Positions 38,203 to 50,883 of a DNA stretch of 64,000 bases are shown in pieces (the first letter of the stretch is position 1; every line of letters begins with the position of its first letter). Origin of the DNA: Phoronis australis (lineage: Eukaryota; Animalia; Phoronida); contig NMRA01000240.1 of assembly GCA_002633005.1 (NCBI GenBank), forward strand, positions 415,643 through 479,642, in the 5' to 3' direction. The notes under the pieces were generated by a model, which was given only the letters and a program-made list of their open reading frames with translations, ran no database searches and was not told the DNA's origin. A program made the position numbers and the translations under genes.

Positions 38203-38632
38203 CAAGGTACCTAAACTACACGGTCAACGGACTCATAAACACGGGCACGGACTCATGAACACAACTCACGGACCTGAAAACACCGTCCACTGACTCACAA
38301 ACACGGGAACGGACTCACAAAACACGATCCACGCACCCAAATACACGGGACACGGACTCATATTCACGAGGAAACATGGTTAACGGACCGCCAAACACGG
38401 GTCACGGACTCATCTGCTTCCTGGGTCAGCTGACATCTTCATTTTGTCTGTAAACCGTGTTTGGCGGTCCGTTAACCGTGTTTCCTCGTGAATATGAGTC
38501 CGTGTCCCGTGTATTTGGGTGCATGGATCGTGTTTTGTGAGTCCGTTCCCGTGTTTGTGAGTGAGTGGACGGTGTTTGCAGGTTCGTGAGTCGTGTTTAT
38601 GAGTCTGTTGACCATGTAGTTTAGGTACCTTG
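38203..38632. mobile_element. Foldback MITE with ~200-bp TIRs built of CACGGACTCA-like subrepeats
   Basis: CAAGGTACCTAAACTACA ... TGTAGTTTAGGTACCTTG, with TTTTA on both flanks. A half copy lies at ~61575-61838. Confidence 0.85.
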
Positions 38633-38824
38633 TTTTAAATGTCAGGCATGTTGTTTACAACATAATTGCTGGATTACATGAGCTTATAAGATGAAAGCAG
38701 ACAATAAGAGAGTTGGACTATCTAAACATTGGCTTGCCACTGTCAACCTGATAACAACACAGCTGTAACCCAACAAGCCAATCAGGCCAAGGCCTTACTT
38801 ATTCCACAGCGCCAGTGTGTAACT

Positions 38825-41800
38825 TCAAGCTTGTGAAGGTATGGAGACTTCTGTACAAAATCATGATTTTGTAGATTAAATAAATATTGTTACAGGAGTC
38901 TACTCCTGACCAAACATTACTGTCATGCACATAACATGTTTTTCTCATCAACATGAATGATTTGACAAAAATCTATGGTTTCATGAGTTGATTACAAGTA
39001 ACTAGAAACTGTTGCCTTAAATAAATGGACAGGTACAGAGTGTTGTTAGGATACTCACTAAGAAGCTGTTGAGAATCCATTCTAAGCTGGTCATCATCTG
39101 ATAAGAAAAGAAAAGAACAATATCAAAACACATCCCAAACAGTCTGGTCAGCACGCCACATCGGTTAAAGAGGCGCACCAGCAGTTCCATGTCACTTACT
39201 CTACACAACAGAAACACAAACAAATTTCATGAAGATCATCAATTAAATTGAAATACATTGAATACATTGAGCCACAAGCAAAAAAATCAGTGTCATTATG
39301 GGGTGTCGATATTAGTAGTCGGACCTGTCTGAAAATCATCACCAAATTTTGATAATGATCTGTTTGGGAGATCAGAGAGGCAGAGGTTATACAACAAGAT
39401 TTTAAAATAGGCTACTATTCAGAGAATACGTCGAATTCGTGCGGAAAAAGGCAGATATAATAGTCTCCTCGATAGACACTTGTTTTAAATTTCTTGATTA
39501 CTTGCCACGGAACTTCAAACATACTGAGGTAAAAGTAATTGCCACTAGGGTGCACAGAGGTATAGTCGAGTCCACCTGAAAACGACCTCCTCCATCATCA
39601 CACCTGCCAATTTTCATTAAGGTCGTGTCAGAAGTATAGGAGATACAGCAGTGGACACCAGACATAGAACAGAGATGACATCAACAACCACTCACATTAC
39701 ATATGTGGATGCATAAAAACTCTGCGAGAATGTCCATATGCTTCATAAGAGGGCCCCGACTTCAAAGTAGGAACAACATGGGCCAAATGACTTTTGTCAC
39801 ATGTTAAATATATCTATTGTCGGTCAACACAAGCGTGTTATTTCTTATTCCACTCCTGACTAACTACGTTAATTACGACCCCATCAGGAACCTTATTTAG
39901 TCGGCCAAAAAACCCTTAGGTGGCACTTGTACTATTTGAACCAAATGACGCCATCTTTGTGACACAAGGCTTGCAGGCTTTTTGCCACAAGAAAACTACC
40001 ATACGATCATGGGACAGGTGCAGATTTCAAATAGCAGAATTTCAAAATTACATCTATTAGAGACAATTAAGTGCTTTAAATAAATACAGTAGCATTGCAC
40101 TTTCATAGAGATATAGCAGTGTTTAGGCCTTTTCCTATTTTCCTTGATGTCAACAGCAGTTTATGAGCTTTCACATTAGCCTCATCAGCTATTAAACAAC
40201 ATTAAAATTACTGCCTAGTGAAACCAGGATTCATGGAAATATTAGGTTGTACATAATTTTCAAAAAGACTCAAAAGTGAAATGAATCACATTAGTGAATA
40301 TTTGAACAAAACTGATGCAAAACGTGTCAATAACTTTGATGAAACTCTTGTGACAAGTTAAAGTTTTGCCCTTAAATCCACCTGTTTACTACCTAGTAAA
40401 CTTAACATGTTTCAACATTGGTCCAAAACTGAATCAATTTTCTCAATGATCCACACTTTCCTAAAACACTGATCAAGGCACCGGAGTAAGAAGGAAAGAG
40501 CCAATAAAGAACGTACACGCAAGAGATTGAAATTAAAACTTTTATTTGATAGAGTGCATACTGTATTTGAAGCAAGGTACTTGTTAACCTTCCATGAGAT
40601 TATTTCAAGGTCTTGTGGCTTACATCTTCCTCAGGAATGTCGAGTTTTTCAATCAGGTGGCAAGAAAATTCAAAAGGTTTTAACGCTGACTGTGGAGCAT
40701 GAATGTAATAATGTAAGATGAACTGGGGTATAACTTGTAATTAACTTGACTGACTGACAGTCAAGTTGTGCCACAAAACTTATATTAGTATGACCTCAAC
40801 ATACCTTGAGTGACTGTGGGGTCCTCTGTGTTGCCTGAAGAAAGAATTGTACACTTTGCAATATATACCATAATTAAGAGTACCAAAATTAAGAAATGCA
40901 TACCAAACCCCAAGTCAGAATGTCATGATACTGCCGACAATGTCCCACAATTCTCCCACTTGTTTGTGCCCCCAAAACTTCAGCAAACCATATCAAATCC
41001 TACATGGTTTGGCATCAACAAAGCAGAAAAGAACTTTAAAGAAGTTCAGGCAGACGCCATTTTGTTGATATTCGTCTCGTCTTGGGGTGTTATAAGAATC
41101 ATAAAAATTGTCATGAACATGAATGTAATGAACACATCCAAAGAAGGTGTAGTGGCCTATCTAGTAAAAAATTATTTGCCAAATTTCATGAAAATATGTA
41201 TGTCAAGGAACTCCAATGATACAGAGGCAAACGTACAATGTAAAAAAATCAAATTATAACGAGGAGCTTTGCATAGTTGGATCTGTTCATTTACTGTCAA
41301 GTTCATTTGAGTACACTTGACAAATTTCACGAAGATCCTTTACTGGCATGGGGCTCAGGAAATGGATCCGCAGATGCAAAAAAATGCTACAAAGGAGTGC
41401 CACAGTAGTCCAACCCATCCAGAAATGGATGTCAGTCATGCTCTTTTCAGTAAGAACACATCTGCCAAGTTTTGAAATGATACTCTGAGCGGCTTGGTCA
41501 ATACTGACTGAGGTGGACCACAAAAGCAGATTGAGAAATACTAAAATGGCCACTAGGTGTTGCAGAACACGTCGAATCCATTAAAAGGTGGAAAGGTGCT
41601 GTCGCCTCTATTATAGAAATCAAGTAGTCAAATTTCATGCAAAACTTTCGAGGAACAGACATAGGCAAACACAAAAAGACAAATTGTGACTAAGAGGGAA
41701 GAGCAGCCGTCAAATGTGCCCAAAAGCCTTGGTCAGCTATTATCACATTCATAAGAAAACTCTTGCAAACTTTCGCAATGATGCAGTTGCAAATGCAAAA

Positions 41801-44800
41801 ACAAAATTGCCATTAGTTAGTACATCTGGAAATCAAAATCAGCTGTCACTGGTCTTCTCAGTCACATCTGGTAATTTTGATTGAACTTTTGAGTGGTTTG
41901 GCAGATACAGAGGCCAACATAAAAATGGCTAAAAATAATAAAAATGGCCACTAGGAGGCACAGAATACCACAAGTCCATCTGAAATTGAAAGGCTTTGTT
42001 GTCGCCTTAAAACTCTTTGATTGTCAAGATATTTAGAACTACACAGTACCAAATAAGTTTTGAAGACACATATAACATAGGGTGCAATCACTGAAACCTC
42101 TTAAATTGCTATAGTCTGATTGTTCTGCACCTTTCAAGGTAAGATGCACATAGATTGTTTTTGAATATTCTAAAATTATGACATAATACGGTGTGTCTGA
42201 TAATTGCTTGGTGGAGTATTCAAGATTTGCGGTGATAAAAACACTGGGCAATTCCATTTCTGACAGACGTACAACCAGAGAACATTTAAACAATTGTGAA
42301 AAAAGCTGTGATGGACGTACGCAGAGAATTTGAAAGGAAAGTCTTACCCTAACACGATTTGTAAGCAATTGGACCAGAAAGCATGCAGTATATACCCCCA
42401 GAGTATCCAGCGAATTCCTGGACACTTCAAAGGCTTAACGGCACCGTCAATGCTTGAAGTGAGCTAATCACTATTCATGGCCTTGGCTGAAGGTATTGGA
42501 TGAGACAATTGCGGTTGTAAATCAACGCGCCTAAGTCTAGCATAAGCATTTCGAAGTCAAAAAACAAAAGACATGAGGCAAACGACCAACATGACAGTTT
42601 TTAAAATTGAAAAACAAGACATGAGGCAAATGACAAACATGACAGTTTTTAAATTTGAAAAACAAAAGACATAAGGCAAATGACAAACATGACAGTTTTT
42701 TTAAAATTGAGAAGCTAATGGTAGTCATCTTTGGATGCATGTTTGAAATCGATGCAAAATGAGAGAAATTAACCAATAGGTTTTCTTCAGCATCACGGCT
42801 AACCCACGAGCATTATTATGTGAATAGATTAGGATAGCTTAGTCACAGTCTGGCTTGGACTCACTTAGGCGTTGGGGCAACAAAACCCCAAATGTTAGCA
42901 TGCTGCCAGCCCCAGTGCATTAAGTCATCTCACGTCAGATATTTCGAACTCAGATCCAGAATCAACAAAATTTTGAATTTCAGACATTTAAAGTTCGAGA
43001 CCGTTGTATCATTTTTCAAAACATTAAAAAAATTAACAACTTCCTTTAACGATGTGGTAAAACTGTCTCGCTGTTGTTTGCCAAATGAATGTATTTAAAC
43101 TAGTAGTTATCTCCCATAAAATTGAGGATTTACTGGGTCAAGAACAGAGAAGTACCCAACTCATCAAAACGTGAAGCAGTGAGAGTTAAAAGAAACCTAT
43201 TCGACAAATTCCTTAAAATCCATTAAGGAACTCTAAAGATAAAGAGCCAAACGAAAATAACTAAAATCATCACTAGGTGGCACAGCGGCAGTCGGATCGT
43301 TACAAAACTCATAGTCATCTGTTATCAACTTCACAAGGAACAAACTTGCCAAATCTTATCAAAGCCTAACTTCAACAGAATTTTGTTATTTTAGATGTAT
43401 TTTGTTAACCAGCGAGTCCTAGCAAAGCCTTAGTAAAATAAGAAAACGCGAGTTCAATCACACACATGTAAGCCAGTCAAATGATAGGTGAAGCTACCTT
43501 TTCCTGCTATGTTGCAGATCCCAGCACAAACAACAAAAGACCAATAACAGTTGTATTGAATAGGGGCCTGAATAGAACACCATTGCGTGCGGGTGTTATT
43601 CGCAGCTGTTTGCTAACAAGGTGATTCTCGCAGTGACCTAGACAAATGCAAGTCAATACACCTAACAATTCATTACATTTAGTGGGCTCAGAACGATGCT
43701 CTTAACATGCTGTAGGAAGCAAATTTACAGGTGTTACTGTTGAAGATAGGCTTTAAGGTAAAATCTCGCTAATTTAGGACACAGCATGGTCGACAAGTTA
43801 CTAAATTTCTTCTTTCATCATTTTTCCAAGAAAGATAGGTAGCACCAAATTAAACGATTTTTGTATCACAACCACCATCAAACAAAGTTTTGAAAATTTG
43901 TGGGCTATCACAACAAGGTGAAGACTTTGAAATATAAAGAAAGGGCATTTTTGTCAATTATTTTAGTCTGAATTAGATGAATTTCACCGTAGATTCAGTA
44001 AGGGGTTTAGGAGACACAGCAATGAATGCTGGACAGCCAGAGAGATGACAAGAAAACAGCAGCTTATATGCAACTGCAAAAAGTACAGTGCATGTGTTGA
44101 CTCAACACCTATACCACATACAAAGAATTTTGCTTAATGTACAGATAAGATTTAGTGTGTTTCACGGCAACACAATTCAAATGAAAACAAATGATGGATA
44201 ACTGTATAAGACTAGGCGCACACACAAAACAATGCAAAATTATCATGCGCTTTTATTAGCAATTGGACGACAAAGCTGAAACATTTTCAAATTTAATGGA
44301 AATCTTGAGACATTACCTGGTTTAAAACATCCCTTTTTCTTCCATCGCAGACACAAAATAATAAAAATAGTTATAGCCACAATTCCAAAAACTCCAAGTG
44401 AGACACCAATTGCAATCGGTGCGCTGGTGGACTGAGTAGAAGAAAAAACAGGAATTATGGTGCTTGAGGCTGAAATAGCAAAAAGAAGACCTGAGTGTAA
44501 TGAAATCGCACAAAAGTGCCAATCATTAATCTACTGGAAAACATACAACTCAGGGAGCATTCCTATGGTGTTTTTCTGTGAACACTAATAGCTTCTAGCT
44601 GAATATCAACTTTGAATAAGCTGTTAAATATGACACTTCTTTTTAGCACAAAGACATGTCTTTGATAAAAAGACCCCTGGAAGGAAATATAAATAATTAC
44701 TATTACCTTTCGGAGCTTGCAGAATTCAATAATACTTTCACAAGATTGAAACTGGAAAATTTATTTCTAAAGAGTACTAGGTAAACATTCAAATCAGAAC

Positions 44801-47509
44801 TTATACAATGGGATGACTTACAGTCACCGGCCTGCAACTGAATTCCCATGAGTGTCCGTAACAACACACTCATGGTCAGTAGTGAGGTGGTTAAGATCTA
44901 TGCAGAAATGTTAGCCATTGACTTCCTTGATCAATCCAGCCAAATGCATAATGAGCTTGCAAACCACAAAATTGATAAGATCTAGCCTGATTCTGCAAGT
45001 GTTGCTAGTAAACAACACAGCAGCCACTTAACCTTTTCTTATATTGAGTTCAACGCGACCTCCGGTACCTGTTCAAGTAAGTCAGTCTTGTTTTGGTATT
45101 CTTCCGCAGATACTGAAAAGCACGATTTGTGTTGTATATCTAACAAACAAAACTGAAGAAATGAGAAAATATGTGAGAGCTTTTATGCTCATAACTTTTT
45201 GAAGTGTTATGGTCATAAAAGACACAACTTCAACTGAGAACTATTTTGTTAGTGAAGCAACGAATACATAGGTGATTATCATGACTTTAAGCAAGTGAGA
45301 CTTAAAGCCATTTTGTTTGTGCCTGCTGGATTGCCTATGATAATAGCTGACTTTTGAAATAGCCACACCATATCTAAATACGTTAACCTGCCAGATTAGT
45401 GTTCAGCACCACCTACAGATCTCGCAGGTGTGAGGTTTCAACCAACTGGTATAAACAGCGCTTTAACACCTTTCCTGCCATTAATACTGGCATATTTCTA
45501 CTGCTGTGCAGTGGGATATACTAATGCCTAATGCCTTATACAAAATGGCAAGTCTCTTGAAAGATCAAATGATGAGCAAGGATGTCTTGTTCCATAGACT
45601 GCAAAGCCAATGTCTGCCGCTGATGAAACCGGAGAACTCTGATCCCAGCCCCTGTCAAAAAGTGATAAATTAATGAACTTTAACTAATCAAACAATGGAA
45701 GAAGCTGACCGTGGCATTTATTCCTCTGTTATTTGAATTAATGAATCAAATAACGTAGTAATTGAATTTCTGTCAACCAAATCTGAGTCAGAATCAATCG
45801 GAAGGCACTTCCAACCTCTCAGTATTCTAGAGAGTGCCAATATGAAGAAAAGTCCCCTTTGGCAGAGAAATAAATTACATAACCTCAAAGCTAAGGTGTG
45901 GAGTCTCATGATCATCTATCATTATGTGGAATACAACAGCACTCCTACGATTATATTATTATTATTCACTTTCACCAAGGTCAATAGGTTCCTTTTCAGA
46001 CCCCAAAACTATGATAATAACCAACGCTACATGAGAAGAGGTCATTATCAGTTTTTGTTTGTCAGTCTTTACTTGCATAAAGAAATCACATAGACCAGCC
46101 GCACGGGACTCAGATACATGGAGCTTGCGATGTCAATATGACGCAATATTGGAAAGTATGACACAGGACAAAAATGGCGGAAAACACCAAGAGCCCTACG
46201 GCATCATTGTTATGCCTGCAGCCAAAGAGTTGAGTGTTTTGGTACTGCCATTGAGTCAAGGGTTTTTTGGTTCGGCCATGGAGTTTAGTTAATTGTATTT
46301 AGTAAATACCTGGTATCAATGAAAATCATATTATAATTTTCACTTACACTGAAAAACAACATCTGCATGCCCGAACTTATCCGCAAGTCATCCAAACCAG
46401 TACATCTACGTAAATGTATTCTTTATTGAAATACATTAAACAGCTTATTATTTAAAATGACTTATTCTTATTAAAATGACATAGGCAAAAAATTGAATAT
46501 CAGGCCTCAAAAGCGAGGCCCTCTATATTAATATAGGGGGCCTCGCCGAAAGGCCGCTTTTCGGCATGGCTGCCTATGTTAATATAGGGGGCCTCGCTTT
46601 TGAGGCCTGAAATTCAATTTCTTGCCTATGTCATTTTAATAAGAATAAGTCATTTTAAATAATAAGCTGCTCTGATACAGTTTTAAAAACTCATTTCTTA
46701 TTATGTATGTATTCCAAATTCAGATATTTTTCTGTTGTATCAAAACAAACAAACATTCTGTATTTTGTGAAAGTAAGACATTGGAAATTCTTTAGATTAG
46801 GACTGTTTGCATACAAGTTGTTTGTTTTGTGACTTAAAAACTCAAATGGCACTGTTAAATGCCTGCAACTCACAGTGCATGGCAACAAATGGAAAGTATG
46901 GAAAGTCGGTCTGTTTTCTTAAGGGAGACAGTCAGACCTGAAGAACCTGTTCATCGATAAAAGGGCTCTCGTGTGATTAGCTCAGAAGTTCCGTTCAGTG
47001 GGCCCAGCCATGAAGCCTGCGCACATCTGATGCACCACAAATGACCAGTGCTGTAGTGGTAAAATTAGAGGTAAGTAGGCGCCCAAAGCCCACAGTATCA
47101 CCTTGAGTACTGCAACGTAACTTACGGTGCGTAGGCACTACGTTCAAGTGCCAAAAGATGGTTGGCTACGCCTACGCCCCACTACAGCACTGCAAATGAC
47201 ATCAGAACACCTGCACTGTTTTTTGGTTTAGTGAATTTCAATATGGCACGGATATGTCAAAGGTGAGATATATATTGGACTATAGAACAGATGTAATTAG
47301 TGACAGCAACGAACAGCCACCGGCTTCTGATACTTACCAAGTTCAGTACAGAACTGCTCACATTGTACAACCATCACCTGATGTCCACATATATGACTAC
47401 AGTCAGTACACTGCTCCCGAGCAATATCACAGTATGTGCCAGGTGCACATGTGGTACGACAAGCAGCCATTGGCAAAATACCGACGGACAGGCCAAGGGC
47501 AGAAACCGC
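38825..47509 (-). CDS. Putative single-pass TNF-receptor-like (Grindelwald/TNFRSF13-17-like CRD) membrane protein; exons 47509-47338, 44469-44317, 40834-40805, 39097-39059, 38850-38825
   Basis: CRD CAPGTYCDIAREQCTDCSHICGHQVMVVQCEQFC follows a hydrophobic leader. The TM exon PIAIGVSLGVFGIVAITIFIILCL is followed by RWKKK. All junctions are GT-AG phase 1. The small cytoplasmic exons are less certain. Confidence 0.55.
39300..39719 (-). mobile_element. Degenerate HINE family A-related copy
   Basis: Ends ATATGTGGATGCATAAAA as at 26337-26352; GGAGATACAGCAG and GCCACTAG motifs. Confidence 0.5.
41180..42000 (-). mobile_element. Degenerate HINE family A-related tandem units
   Basis: AAAATGGCCACTAGG and GCCACAGTAGTC motifs recur as in 25400-26150. 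Confidence 0.5.
42560..42711. repeat. ~50-bp tandem repeat x3
   Basis: AAAACAAAAGACATGAGGCAAA..CATGACAGTTTTT units. Confidence 0.8.
44317..44469 (-). CDS. Ser/Thr stalk + transmembrane exon of TNFR-like protein
   Basis: atttcag|CC..CCAG|gtaatg; ~23-aa hydrophobic helix followed by a basic stop-transfer sequence. Confidence 0.7.
46441..46669. mobile_element. 229-bp near-perfect foldback (MITE-like)
   Basis: CAGCTTATTATTTAAAATGAC ... GTCATTTTAAATAATAAGCTG; ~95-bp arms with nested internal hairpins; no TSD seen. Confidence 0.75.
47046..47192. mobile_element. hAT-type MITE (147 bp)
   Basis: TIR CAGTGCTGTAGTGG/CCACTACAGCACTG with a perfect 8-bp TSD CAAATGAC. Confidence 0.9.
47338..47509 (-). 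CDS. Cys-rich ectodomain exon of TNFR-like protein
   Basis: ttttcag|GCG..CTTG|gtaagt; C-x5-C-x6-C-x2-C-x3-C-x8-C-x3-C spacing. Confidence 0.7.
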
Positions 47510-48299
47510 CTGAAAAAGTAATATCAATTCACATTTTGGTAACTAAAACTGGCATTGTACCATCTGTTAACTGTCAATATTGAATTTTGAATCTAATTTA
47601 GCACTTGTTTAAAGACATCACATCTGTCCAACTCTAAACTTGAATTAATTCCAAATGAGCCAGCAACTGAAGCCACAGGCAATCTGCACATGAGTTATTT
47701 TCGAATTTGCATGGCTCTGAAGCAATTCCATGAGTAGATGATGGTTTGGATGTTCTTGATGGTTACAGTGCTGAAAATAGAATTGTCTCCATTAGGATTA
47801 TAAGAGTACAAGATCTAATTCATTTGTTTTTTAGCCATGCAACTTACACAGGGCGAATGGAACCTTTAACAGCCATTTGTCATAGTTTGACCAAATTGTC
47901 TCCCGCTATAACCCCAGCATTTTTAGGTTATGATTCTGGGAGCTGGGTTGTAAATTTTTGTATAAAGATATGTGACCGTGGTAGGAGATATAAGGTCATA
48001 TATTATATGACTAATACAATTACAATAGTTAGTGAATAAAATAAGTAAAATAAAAATGACAATCTCTGCGTCGACCACGGGGAGGACAGAATAGTCCGAC
48101 AGTATTTTTAGTTGTATTGTTTTGTTATGTTATTCTGTTTGATTGGCATGACCCCTGAGTTAAGTACAGTGATGATGTAATTTGTGTACTACAAAATAGT
48201 GTGGAACTTTCTAGAAGACTGAAGTCAGAATAGTGAATTTGTTTACTACAAAGGCGATATTTTCTCAAATGAGACAATATTATTTAATTAGTCTCAAAG

Positions 48300-49900
48300 T
48301 GTGCGGAACGGTTCCGCACTTTTTTAATATCCACTTAGGGCCATAAAAAATGGTATGTAACAAATCTATACCTCACCCAAAACATGTTTACAATGTTACA
48401 TTTTTATTTCCTCAATAAGCATTTTCTTAATTAAAAGTTCAATTTTTGCCTTGCGGAATATTCTGCAAATGTGCGGAATATTCCGCAGATTTTGCGGAAT
48501 ATTCCGCAGATTTTGCGGAATATTACGCAGTGCGCAAGTTTTGTGGAATACTGTGACTTGAGAAATATTATGTATATTTTGTGGAATAATAATCAAAATA
48601 ATAATTTATTTTTAAAAATCAATGTGAAAGTTCCAGAAGGGTTCCACAAACAGAAAAGTTTAGCACAGGACTAAAATTTTTAATTTTCTTCCGGCCCAAT
48701 AAACATGAATTACATTCCATTCTCAATAGTACTTGAGAGTATAATGTGCCCACTCTCAATAATATATTAATCAATGTGACGGTTGCAGAAGGGTTCCACA
48801 TGCGGAACGGTTCCGCAAACAGAATAGTTTTTTGGAGAACAATTTTTTCTCATGACCAATAAAGTTAAAATGCATTCCATAATCAATACCACTTGAAAGT
48901 ATCAATGTGACAATCCTAATAATAATTACTTGATCAATGTGACAGTTGCGGAACCATTCCGCATGCGGAATTGTTCTGTATGGGGAGAGATTTCCCAAAC
49001 AGAATGGTTTTGCTGGGTATTTGATTTCACCAATCAACTTAAAATGCATTACATTATCAATGCCACTTGAAAGCATCGATGTGACAATCCTAACAGTAAT
49101 TAGTTGATCAATGTGACAGTTGCGGAACCGATCCTCACAAGTTTTAAAAAATTTTGAAATATACTCAGTCTATTCTCAATAGCATGTGGAAATATCAATG
49201 TGTCAACATGAGCAATGATTAATCAGTGGGGAACTTTCTGAATGGTTTGTGATGCAGAAACATACCTCAAGCAGACTCGAGAAAAATTGACATCTTGTCT
49301 TTGCCATTTTACCGATTTTGGCAGAACCTTAACACAAGCCATGAAATATTCAAATCTTAACGTACAACAACCATTAAACATAAAAGTATCAGAATTTGTA
49401 CCCTAACAATAATAAATTAATAAATGTGACAGTTACGGAACCGTTCCGCATGCGGAACCGTTCCGCAAACAATACTTTTGTGATCCTCACAAGTTTTAAA
49501 AAAATTTTCTTGCACATTTCAGTTGAAATATACTCTATTTTCAATAGCATATGGAAATATCAATGTGTCAACATGAGCAATGATTAATCAGTGGGGAACT
49601 TGCTGAATGATTTGTGATGCAGAAACCTATACCTCAAGCAGACTCGAGGAAAAATCGACATATTGTCTATGACATTTTACCGCTTTTGGTAGAACCTTAA
49701 CACAAGCCATGAAATATTCAAATCTTAACGTACAAGCATTAAACATAAAAGTATCAGAATTTGTACCCTAACAATAATTAATTAATAAATGTGACAGTTG
49801 CGGAACCGTTCCGCATGCGGAACCGTTCCACAAACAATACGTTTGTGAACCTCACAAGTTTAAAAAAATTTTTTTGGACATTTCAGTTGAAATATACTCT
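48300..49900. repeat. Complex repeat with palindromic GCGGAA-N3/4-TTCCGC motifs and a ~360-bp tandem duplication
   Basis: 21-bp repeats at 48451-48530; palindromes at 48301, 48801, 48948, 49436, 49799; 49130-49480 is repeated at 49481-49900. Confidence 0.75.
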
Positions 49901-50249
49901 ATGCATCCACTGCATCCATTTACCACCACGCTCTTTTCGAAGCCATCTACTATAGTAGGTAATGGGGGACTCCCTTTCCCATATTCGTGTGTGGCAATGA
50001 GGCTTTTCATATCAAAAACTGTATGATATTCGGCTAACCTCAAAATCAAACTCTGTTTCGTGATTTGATAATTGGCCCAGTTAAGTTAAACACCCAGTAT
50101 AATCAATGGGGAACATAATATGATATTTCAAAATTATACAAAAGTTTTAGGTTGTAATAAGTCCCATTTCTTGTCCAATTTTAAAAACCTAATCACATAC
50201 ACTTTTCACAAACTATTCAAATATGTAATTACATGTTAATATTTTGATG

Positions 50250-50883
50250 ACCTTTCCACTAATTGACCTCTTCCGGTGCATTATGAGTCCCGATGAGGGA
50301 AAAATTCTAAACTCAATTAAAAGTGTGGTTGATGCTAAGAATCACAGATGTTTTACTATAAGCACTTCAGAATACATGATGAATGAATTGGTCAAACTTT
50401 CAGAAGAAAAATGCACCTAATGACCCCATGGGTGCACCAAATGGCCTGAAAATTTAGAATTCAAACTCAATCACATTTAGTAAACAGATATGTAATTTTC
50501 AAGTCTCTAGCTCAAAATTTTAGTTTGCACTCAATGACCTTCGACCTATTTTTTCTGATTGGTTAAGCCTACTGCGTAGTAAAGTAGGTTGTTCAATTGG
50601 CTTGTTGACTTACACCTGTGTGCTGAAGCTGAAAAGAATTCCTTGAAAAATGTAGGAGATATAACATTTTGAACGTTAAATTATCAGGTCATTTGGTGCA
50701 CCCATGGGGTCATCAAGTGAATTTTTCTTCTGAAAGTTTGACCAATTCATTCATGTTGTATTCTAAAGTGCTTAAAGAAAAACATCTGTGATTTTTAGTA
50801 TTAACCACACTTTTAATCGAGTTTACAATTATTCTCTCATCGGGGCTCATAATGCACCGGAAGAAGTCAATTAGTGGAAAGGT
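50250..50883. mobile_element. MITE with ~200-bp TIRs
   Basis: ACCTTTCCACTAATTGAC..CCGGTGCATTATGAG ... CTCATAATGCACCGG..GTCAATTAGTGGAAAGGT. Confidence 0.85.

Noticed and set aside
43497-46350. Additional candidate minus-strand exons (~43497-43567, 44707-44751, 45033-45112, 45540-45651, 46310-46348)
   Set aside because: Splice-like signals are present, but most are phase-incompatible or contain stops. Only a 36-nt piece at ~45033-45068 could fit, and it is unsupported.
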